A stretch of 64,000 bases of DNA, taken from NCBI RefSeq assembly GCF_009914755.1, contig NC_060930.1; one strand, given 5' to 3'. Positions 53,301 to 64,000 of this stretch are shown here, piece after piece. Both the position numbers and the translations under genes were made by a program. The stretch is from the human T2T-CHM13v2.0 reference genome, Homo sapiens. Numbering within the stretch: the first letter of the stretch is position 1; every line of letters begins with the position of its first letter. Under the pieces are notes generated by a model. It was not told the origin of the DNA, ran no database searches, and worked only from the letters and a program-made list of their open reading frames with translations.

Positions 53301-54149
53301 AAATTACACAGATGATATATAAAGGTAAGAAAAGCTTCATATTCTGTAATATATAATGTCTAAATATTAAGAAAATATGAATTAGGAATGATGCAACAGG
53401 AAAAGTCTAATCAGAATAAATGACCCCCCCTGACCATCTCTCCTGATAGTTAAAAAAAAAAAAAAAAAAGCCCACAAAATGACAATTCTGCTGACTAAAG
53501 GAATAAACCTGGAGCAGGAAGGGTGGAAAAGCGAGGAACTCCCGAATGGCTACAGACACTAACCCTGTGACACGTCCACTGTGGGTGCTAACGAGCAACC
53601 ACCACCCACTGTCCCCACTTCACAGCTGCAGTGACCGTCTGACTTTCACACTGCCTTTCATTTCAGTGTTTTATGCTGGGGGAGAGGGTTGGGGGTGGGA
53701 TGGAGATGGGGGCTGTGGCCCGGTGAGGGACAGGGCAGGGGACCCAGGAATCTTCAGGAGGAGTATGGGATGGCAAAGTGGAAGAGGCACCAGCATAACC
53801 CTGTTCTACGACCTCCAACTCACAAGCCACTCTACACACTGCAGACGCCCAATGGCCAGAAGAGACGAGTGCAGCCTTATTCGCCCCAAAACATAGTCAT
53901 GAGGATTCAGGGGGATCAGATGGTCTGGGTTTCAGGCCATACCGGGGTGCTGACAAGTGACTTTCTCTGCATCAAACGTGAATACTGCCCCGTGCCTCCA
54001 AAGCGCGGACTGCATCACATTGGAAAGACCTAAGCGTGAATGAAGCCGGGTATGGCCTGAAGAGCTGCTGCTGACTGACAGCGGTGCTTCCACTTGTGGG
54101 AGGAGGGCAGGGGCACGTGGCCCTGCTTGGGAAATTAATGGGCTTGCGA

Positions 54150-54310
54150 GCCGGAAGCCCTGAGCTGAGTTGTCAGCTCTGCCTAAATCATACCTTTATG
54201 ACCTTTGGCAAGTTTCTCAGCCTCAATTTACTCATCTGTAAAACATGGGTAATCCCAGTGTGCTGTCCGCACGAGGTTGCCGTGAGGATTTTTATGTAAA
54301 GTGACGCATG
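54150..54310. mobile_element. MIR
   Basis: tatgacctttggcaagtttctcagcctcaatttactcatctgtaaaacatggg. Confidence 0.75.
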
Positions 54311-54634
54311 GTGAATGCGAGTTTCCTCCCTCCTCCGTACTTGAAATTCAACCAAATCACTCAGTCTCATCTAACTACTTTGTGTTTTTAAAATGAGTAT
54401 CAGTAACAGCTGCTGCTTCTGTTCTTCCCAGAGATGCAGTGAACACAGGCCGTGAGGCTGTTCTGTAATTTCTAAATGTTTATCTTCTCAGAGTGATGAG
54501 TTATGTTAGAAGCAGGTGATTTTCTTCAAAAAACTAATAAAGTCTTATTATTCTACCTATAATTACCTGGTTGGAATAATATCACATCTTTACAGCCACG
54601 TTGCTCAATAGAGAATTGCTACTTAAAGCTAATG

Positions 54635-54838
54635 AATTTGAAAATTGATAAGATTTTAAGTGTTGTCATCAGAAAAAAATGATTAGTATGTGAGGTCATG
54701 CATATGTTAATTGGCTCAAATTAGCCATTCCACAATGTATACATACTTCAAAACATCATGTTGTGCACCATAAATACATAAAATCTTTATTTGATGATTT
54801 TAGAAAAATGTTTTAAGAGACTAAAAAATAAAAATAAA
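54635..54838 (+). mobile_element. L1MA 3' end
   Basis: tatgtgaggtcatgcatatgttaattggctc...ttagccattccacaatgtatacatacttcaaaacatcatgttg. Confidence 0.85.
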
Positions 54839-54916
54839 GCTAGTGAAATAGAGACACATCTGTTTCTACATTAGGAAAAATTATCAAAGCTCCCAATTCC
54901 ATTGCAGGAACATACC

Positions 54917-55631
<715 letters not shown>

Positions 55632-56829
55632 ATTAATCAACACACAATCACACACATACATATATGTGCACACACACACATTTGGTAAGAAATCTTTGGC
55701 ATACTCTTTCAACCTGATAAATACAGTGCATTCTGGAGTTGTGCCTAAAGTTGTCCATACAAGAAGCTTCATCCTATCATGATGAGACTTCAGTTCCTTA
55801 TGTCCAAGATGTACTCAACTCACATAAAATTCCGTCGTATGTCAGAGAGTATATTACAGGGAGAAGACAAGAAACCCTCTTGAATCCTATATCTTTATTA
55901 GGGAAGGACAAGTGTAATGAAAAGTATTTGCTTTTGCTAAAGAGAAAAGGCCTCATTGGAGAGAAAGGGAATTCAGATTGTACGCCCTGTGGATGATCTG
56001 CCAAGCAGGCTGCCTGATAACTGGTTCGATGTGTGTGTGGTGTACTGTTGGTTAGTCCAAGAGATTCTTCTGAAGCATAATATTGCTTCTTATCAAAAAT
56101 AAATCAAAGAACAAAAATAAATGGGTGGGTTGTGCATATATGAATTCCTGTGCTTTTAAACATCTGGGAGATTTCCTAAGTATCCAAAGATAATGGCCAC
56201 TCCATATTTATGTAGCACCCGGTATATAAGTACATTCATCAAAGATTAAAAAGATTATGTCTCAGATCTGTCACGACCTATTAACTTCTACATCTGTCAT
56301 CTAGTTAATCCCCAAATTCTTTACCATTACCGTGAAACGAAACACCCTTGCTCAACAAAATGATTTGTTCGTTTATATAAAATGACTCATAAAATAAAAC
56401 TTTATTTCTGATTCAAACAACAACATCCAATAACTGAGTAATGCTGTAATGAAATACAGTGCTCTAAATATGAATAATAATGATATTAACTGAAAACATT
56501 AGAAATGAGTATAGGAAAATGAGACAAAAAGTAGAATATGGAGGTGTACCATAACTTTTAGTTCTGGAGAGGTGGTCTGCAATTTGAGTTAGTAAAACTG
56601 TTTTCAAACAAGTTTGTCATTCTTTATTCTGGACTTCATGCTATTACATAATGGAAATCTTCATGATAATGCTATTCAGAAATAGAAGAGCTGCCCATAG
56701 GCTTTTGAGAAGAAGAACGAGTGGATATAAAGAAATGTGGCATTGGTCTGTGGACTCTGAAAAGAAAAATGTCCAAATGCCATCAAACCAACCAAGTACC
56801 AGATAACTGCTCTTATTCTGCAGAAAATA

Positions 56830-57842
56830 AAATTTAACAGCCATTAATGATTTTTAAAAGCCAAAAACCTCTTAGCAAACTTGGAATAGAAAGGAAAATT
56901 GATAAGAGGAATCTACAGACAAAACCTAAAGTGAAATATTACATGCTTTGCCTTCCCCCTAAGACGGAGAATAAGGCAAAGATATCTACTTTCGCCACTC
57001 TACTCAAAATTGTAATGAAAGTCTTAGTTATTGTAGTAAGGTAAGAAAAAGAAATAAAAGGCATAAAGATCAGAAAGGAATAAACTGTCCCTGTTTGCCA
57101 ATGATGTCATGATTTAGTAGAAAATCCTATGACATGCATAGAACAACCACAAAAGCTTATGTGAAGATTCATCAAGGTCTCAAGATACAAGATGAATATA
57201 CAAAAGTCAAATGCATTTTTAATACTAGCACAAACAATTTGAAAAAGAAATTGTTTTACATTTAATTTGCAATAACACCAAAAAAAACTTAGGAAAAAAT
57301 TTAACAAAGTACACGATCTCTACACTGAAAACTATAAAATGCTAGTGAGAAAAAAATGAAAGAAAAACTAAATAAATGAAGAAGCATATACAATGTTGAT
57401 GAATTGGAAGACTCAATACTGTTAAGATGCCAATTCTTCCCAACTTGAGACACAGATTCAATGCAATAACCCCAGCAGACTTTTTACAGAAATTAACAAG
57501 ATTACTATAAAATTTCTGTAAAAATTCACACGACCTAGAAATCCAAAGCAATCTTGAAAAAGAGGAACAAATTTGAAGGCTTTATAACTATCTAACTTCA
57601 ACATGTTCAGTATCAAGACAATGTGGGATTGGCACAAGGACTAACAATAGATGGGAAAATCATTTAATTTTCCAAAGGGGCCAAAGCAATCCAATGCAGA
57701 AAGAATCATGTTGTTGACAAATGGTGCTGCAATGACTGGACATCTGTGTGGGAAAAAAATTCACTTGACCCCCTTCTTACACAACCCACAAAGATTTATT
57801 TGAGATGGACAGAACAAACTGTAAAAGCTAAAACCATGAAGC
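56830..57842 (+). mobile_element. L1M ORF2 3' region (continues about 59460-59605)
   Basis: cttagcaaacttggaatagaa...ggaagactcaatactgttaagatg...acaaatggtgctgcaatgactggacatc. Confidence 0.85.
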
Positions 57843-59455
57843 TTTTATTTATTTTTTTAAATTTTAGGTTCAGGGGTGTATGTGCAGGTTTGTTATATAG
57901 GTAAACTCGTGTCACGGGGGTTTGGTATGCAGATTATTTCATCACCCAGGTACTAAAACTAGTACGCAATAGTTATTTTTTCTGATCTTCTCCCTTCTCC
58001 CACCCTCCACCCTCAAGTAGCCCCCAGAGTCTATTGTTCCCCTTTTTGTGTCCATGTGTTCTCGTCATTTAGCTTCCACTTATAAGTGAGAATATGTGGT
58101 ATTTGTTTTTCTGTTCCTGCATTAGTTTGCTAAGGTTGATGGCCTCTGGCTTCATCTGTGTTCCTGCAACAGACATGATCTCATTTTTTTATGGCTGCAT
58201 AGTATTCCATAGTGTATATGTACTACATTTTCTTTATCCAATCTACCACTGATGGACATTTAGGTTGATTCCATATCTTTGCTATTGTGAATAGTGCTGC
58301 AATGAACATATGTGTGCATTTGTGTTTATGGTAGAAAGAATTCTATTCCTTTGGGTATATATCCAGTAATAAGATTGCTGGTCGAACGGCAGCTCTGTTT
58401 TTAGCTCTTTGAGGAATCACTATACAGCTTTCCAAAATGGTTGAACTGATTTGCACTCCCACCAACAGTGTATAAGTGTTCCTTTTTCTCCACAACTTCG
58501 TCAGCATCTGTTATTTTTTTCACTGTTTGATTATAGCCATTCTAACTGGTAATTGTGTTTTTGACTTACAGATCTCTAATGATCAGTGATATTGAGATTT
58601 TTTTCATCTATGTGCTTCTTGGCCCCATATATGTCTTCTTTAGAAAAGTGTCTGTTCATGTTCTTTGCCCACTTTTTAATGGGATTGTTTGGTTTTTGCT
58701 TGTGAATTTGTTTACGTTTCTTATAGATGCTGGATATTAGACCTTTGTCAGATGCATAATTTGCAAATATTTTCTCCCATTCTATAGGTCACCTGTTTAC
58801 TCTGTTGATAGTTACTTTTGCTGTACCGAAGCTTTTTAGTTTAATTTGATCCCATTTTTCAAATTCTGTTTTTGTTTTAATTGCTTTTGGCATCTTCATC
58901 ATGAAATCTTTGCCCTTTCCTATGTCCAGATGGCATTTTCTAGGTTATCTTCCAGAGTTTTTATAGTTTTGGGTTTTACATTTAAATCTTTCATCCATCT
59001 TGAGTTAATTTTTGTATATAGTATAAGGAAGGGGTCCAGTTTTAATCTTCTCCATATGACTAGCCAGTTACCCCTGCACCATTTGTTGAATAGTGAGTCC
59101 TTTCCCGTTGCTTGTTTTTTGTCAGCTTTGTTGACAATCAGATGGTTGCAGGTGTGCAGCTTTATTTCTGGGCTATCTAATCTGTTCCATTGGTCTATGT
59201 GTCTGTTTTTGTACCAATACCATGTTGTTCTGGTTACTATAGCCCTGTAGTAGTCTGAAGTTGGGTAGTGTGATGCCTCCAGCTTTGTTCTTTTTGCTTA
59301 GGATTGCCTTGGCTATCCAGACTCTTTTTTGGATCCATATGAATTTTAAAGTATTTTTTTCTAGTCCTGTGAAGAATGTCATTAGTAGTTTGGTAGAAAT
59401 AGCATTGAATCTGGAAATTGCTTTGGCCAGTATGAACATTTTAGGGACATTCATC
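57843..59455 (-). mobile_element. L1PA13-16-like 3' 1.6 kb nested in the L1M
   Basis: Reverse L1 3' UTR and ORF2 end; ORF 59173-59454 translates to L1 ORF2-like text ([30 protein letters not shown]); TSD-like catgaagcttt / catgaggcttt. Confidence 0.92.
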
Positions 59456-59607
59456 TCATGAGGCTTTGAAAGGAGAGCATAGAAGTATATTTGTGACTTT
59501 GGGGAAATAAAGATTTATCTGATAAGATGTGGAAAACAATAAAATTATCATAAGTTTTTTAAAAAAACTAGACTTCATCAAACTTTTGATATTCTTTTAA
59601 AGGTTAT

Positions 59608-60424
59608 AGAGGCAGTAAAAAGTCTGATTTCCTTTGCAAATAAATAATGTGGTAATAGAAAAGAAACTAACTCCTGCACACCAACTAGGGAACATTGAGG
59701 TGTTGACCTGTGAGAGAGTGGTGCAGAGAGAGCCCTGTAAGACAGGAAACCTTGCCTTGGCAGGGCGAAATGACCAGGAGGAAAGTAGGATTTAGACACA
59801 CTGACAAATTTCCTTATATTATGCAGTCAAAATGCAGTCAAAGCTTTGGTTCATGCAGAAAATTATTTAAAATACTTTATAAAATTACCTTCAGGCTATG
59901 CATATAAGGTGTGTATGAAACAAACGAATTGCATGCTCAGACTTCGGTCCCACCCCCAAGATATCTCATTATGTATATGCAAATAAATATTCCCAAATCC
60001 AAAAATATCAAGAATCTGAAACACTTCTGGTCCCCAGCACTTCGGATAAGAGATACTCAACCTGTATATGCTAAGTTTTAATTCAGGTTAAATTATGAAT
60101 ATTTGAGGCAACCTACAGAACTAACCACAAATCCAACTTAACAAATAAAATGTTTAAACAACCATAAAAAAATACTTCTAAGTATGCTAGCCCAGTAAAG
60201 TTTACAGAGGCAGTAAAAAGTCTGATTTCCTTTGCAAATAAACAATGTGGTAATAGAAAAGAAACGAACTCCTGCACACCAACTAGGGAACACTGAGGTG
60301 TTGACCTGTGAGAGAGTGGTGCAGAGAGAGCCCTGTAAGACAGGAAACCTCACCTCAGCAGGGCGAAATGACCAGGAGGAAAGTAGGATTTAGACACACT
60401 GACAAGTTTCCTTATATTATGCAG
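59608..60424 (+). repeat. dispersed direct repeat, 2 x 219 bp (59608-59826 and 60206-60424)
   Basis: Colinear at offset 598; 8 mismatches counted by eye. Confidence 0.97.
59827..60066. mobile_element. Tigger4/Zombi (MER46-like) partial
   Basis: aaattaccttcaggctatg...aagatatctcattatgtatatgcaaat...cttcggataagagatactcaacctgta (one terminus only). Confidence 0.8.
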
Positions 60425-61965
60425 CACTATGCAATTTTCTAAGTGCTTTCAGATGTTTACTCTTGACTCCCATAAAATCGCTGTGAGCTGAGCAGGGCTT
60501 AATATGATTTCTACATTCTAGAAGAGCCTGAGATCACACGGCTGGGGAACCGTGGGGCAGGATGGAGTGTGGGTCCTTCGTCTCTTGGCTTCCTGGGTGT
60601 CGGAGCTGGGTGTAAATCCAAGCACCCACCCTGCAGCCTGTGCTCAGCCCACCGTGCTCCAGGCTGCTCAGGCTTTGTGCACGGAGTAGAGTCAGAGGCA
60701 ATGGAAGAGGAGGTGGCAGCCAGCACTCTTGGGCCCGGGACCCTTGCTTGAGACTTGACATGAAATGGAAGAGAGTGCGAGAACTGGAAGGAGATCACAG
60801 TAGCTCTGGCTTTCAGACACAAGTGTCTATTTCCTCAGTCAAGGAGAAGCCTTCCTCACACCATGAGAGGTGTGGACCTTGTATCTCTTACAACAACCAA
60901 GGCTGGACACCACCTCCTAATGTCGTTGGAAAAGCCAGTGCTCCACCTTATGACCCAAACTGACTGAGAGAATGTTTGCCAGGCCCCTGGCTGTCTACGA
61001 GGAATGGGAGGTAAGGGTGAGAGGTAGATGTTTATGTAGAGTTTGGCTTTAGTACAGCTGTGGCCAGGCTTACAGTTGACACTCGGTGAGGAACGGCAAA
61101 ACAATAACAAAACGCCCTTCGTTTGAGTTCATAGTAATTGCTTAATTACACTGTGCATTATGTTATTACCCTGCTAGGGCTTCAGACCTCCTGTTATGCT
61201 GGTGAGCCTCCTGCCCTGTTTCTTTGGGTGTGGCCCCCAGAAGCTTGCGGTTTGCCGAATGATTTCGATGGTTCCAGGTTCTCTACCCTTGACAATGGGG
61301 CCGCCTGTCAAACAGAGGCTCAGAGAAGCCCTACCCCAGAAGCCTTGCCCAGTTGGATCTGGAGCCAAAACGTGGAATAAAGTTAGAATTTAGAGAGGCC
61401 TTTAGTTTGGTGGTAACATCTCTGCCTGTCTGTGAAACGTTGCTTTCTTTTATTTTCTTTCTAAACAAAAATGATTTCTTCTGTGTTGCTTGGTTGCTCA
61501 ACAAGGAAACAGGAACTGTTTCTATTCCTTATCATTTGCTGTTTACTTAGTGTACAAGGGTAGAGTCTAATATCTGTGGAAAATTTTGTGCATAAACTGG
61601 AAATTCTGGCTTCTTCAGTAATCTGTTTATGTAATTTTATTTTGGGATGTGTAAATTTTCTTTTCGCTGATTGTCAAGAGAGTGTTAGATATGGATGAAG
61701 TCATCTTTTTTCTTTGAGAACTGCAAAGTTATGTTAGAGCAGTTAAGATTAAGGTAATTATTTTATTTTTTGTATTTTATTGTATCTTTTCTTATTTACA
61801 AAAGAAAATGTGCTAAGGGAAAACTAAACACAAGAACTTTAAATAAAAAAAGATGTTAGTGGAGTTAGGTAGTTTCAGACAAAGTTGTCAGGTAGGTCAG
61901 TAGGAAATAGAAATGAAGAAGAAAGGAACATTACTTCAAAACTGAATTGTAAAGTTGATCCCGCA

Positions 61966-62232
61966 CTTTTTTTTTTTTTTTTTTTTGAGATGGAGTTTCA
62001 CTTTTGTTGCCCATGCTAAAGTCCTGTGGCACGATTTTGGCTCACTGCAACTTCCGCCTCCCGGGTTCAAGTGATTCTCCTGCCTCAGCCTCCCACCACG
62101 TCAGACTCACTTTTGTGTTTTTAGTAGAGATGGGGTTTTGGTCAGGTTGGCCTCCGGCTCCTGACCTCAGATGATCCACCTGACTTGGCCTCCGAAAGTG
62201 CTGGGATTACAGGCGTGAGCCACCGCGCCCAG
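61966..62232 (-). mobile_element. AluS with internal deletions
   Basis: Poly-T, gagatggagtttcacttttgttgccc...gctgggattacaggcgtgagccaccgcgcccagc. Confidence 0.93.
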
Positions 62233-62643
62233 CGGTCCTGCACTTCTTAATGCACATTCTCTAGAATGCTCACCAACAGGCGTACAGAAAGAAGGCACTC
62301 TGTATTTTTGTGAAGAGATAAACAATAAAAGAAGGATAAAAAGAAACACACAGTAGAAATAATGGAAACTTTCTCAAATTAGTATGATATTTGGAGTATA
62401 CTAAAGCATTTTTCTGCTGAAATTAACCTAGTGGCTGGTGAATTAAAGGAATTGATTTCTGATGCTAATTTTTAAGTTCATTTTAAAATTTGTTTACAAT
62501 TCATATGCTTTTTTATATAATTAAAGTGCCTAATTTTTAAGTGACGAGTACACAGTTTAGACCCAAGGAGAATTAGAAAACCCAACTTCCTAGAGGTAGT
62601 TTGCTATGAAGAATAAAACTCCCCCCAATGACAAAAGTCATGA

Positions 62644-62963
<320 letters not shown>

Positions 62964-63820
62964 CCCACATGGGTTTTAGAAATCGTGTTGGACTCCAAGA
63001 GACTCCAGTTCCAGTTCCATGTCACCCACCAACTCCAAGTGCAGCTTTGGCCTTGAACTACCCGGACTTGTATTTTCCAATCTCTAAAAGAGGCAGTTCT
63101 ACTAGCCGGCCTCCACAGCCACTTGGAGACATGTGAATATACTGTCATTTACATGTTTATCAACGTTAGTTACTTTTTGTTTGCCTTTTATTTCAACATT
63201 GAATGTGTGGGAATATATCTGATGGAGACACAAAAATATACACTGTTCACTTGTTCCTTCAGCCACATTGTGGATAATCTCAGCAAACTTTCTCTTGTCT
63301 GGCTTTGGCAAGCACAAGTCCATTTAAGGCTCCAGCTTTGGGAGCCTTGTAGCCCTTTTCCTGGCCCTTGAGATCCTGTCCTGACCATCTTAGGATTCTG
63401 ACAGCCCTTTCAAGAAATGTTTCAGGCTATTAACAAAAATACCACGCACAGAAGGAACTCCCATCTGAGGCCAAGGGTGGCACTTGCCATGATGCAACCA
63501 CAGTGTCGTCTCCTGCTATGGGAGCTGCAATCCATTTGCACACACTTGAAGGGATCTCTGCTGGCCTAAAGAGTGGCTCTGTCCTCCTTTCATCCGCGAC
63601 CTAATCTGTTTGACACTCCTCCACCTGTCGGGGTCAACCCCCTGCCCAGTTCGCCTCCTCCCACCATGCTGTCTACCCCTGTGCAGCCCCAGGGCACTAA
63701 CCAGCAGCCAGATTGGCACAGGGAAACCGGGGAATGAAGGCGGTGGGGAGGGGGGCTGAAGTCCCGTCAAATAAGCAGTTTGACATAGACAACAGATTAA
63801 TAGCTGGAGTTTTCACACAG

Positions 63821-64000
63821 TGTTCCAGGCTGGATTATCTTCCCCTAAAATTCCTATATCGAAGCTGCAGCACACGATGCCTCAGAATGTGGTTGCCTTT
63901 AGAGACGGGGTCTTTAAAGAGGTAATTAAGGTTAAATGAGTTCATAAGGGTGGGCCCTGATCCAATATGACGCATGTCCCTATAAGAAGAGGAGGTGAAG
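63821..64000 (+). mobile_element. MLT1A/B MaLR LTR (runs off window)
   Basis: cctcagaatgtgg...gggtctttaaagaggtaattaaggttaaatgag...gggtgggccctgatccaatatgac. Confidence 0.85.

Noticed and set aside
59173-59454. ORF with clear protein similarity
   Set aside because: A broken L1 ORF2 C-terminal fragment within a truncated L1PA, not a host gene.

Overview
Primate (human-like) euchromatic genomic DNA, not microbial. It carries Alu (J, S, FLAM), L1PA/L1M, L2, MIR, MaLR/ERV solo LTRs and hAT/TcMar DNA-transposon fossils. I recognise no protein-coding gene, tRNA, rRNA or CRISPR array. The long ORFs (558/636 aa at 12.9-14.9 kb; about 200-250 aa at 43.4-44.2 kb) are stop-free readings of minisatellites. 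The window looks intergenic or intronic, with scattered splice-site pairs that could belong to a spliced lncRNA (unproven). It is unusually rich in tandem repeats: 17-bp x94, 15/13-bp x11, 53-bp x3, 41-bp x14 and 84-bp x8, plus 152-bp and 64-bp duplications. Best leads: (1) the 84-bp VNTR carries a perfect ROR/REV-ERB element in each of 8 helically phased units; (2) three different VNTRs share a CCCAGCAC(CCA) core; (3) a ~1-kb composite AluSp-plus-flank retro-insertion splits an old DNA transposon; (4) a short L1PA appears to carry a 3' transduction; (5) several templated-repair scars, including a 219-bp dispersed duplication and fold-back palindromes. Repeat subfamily names come from my memory of consensus sequences, not from a database search, and boundaries of old repeats are approximate.
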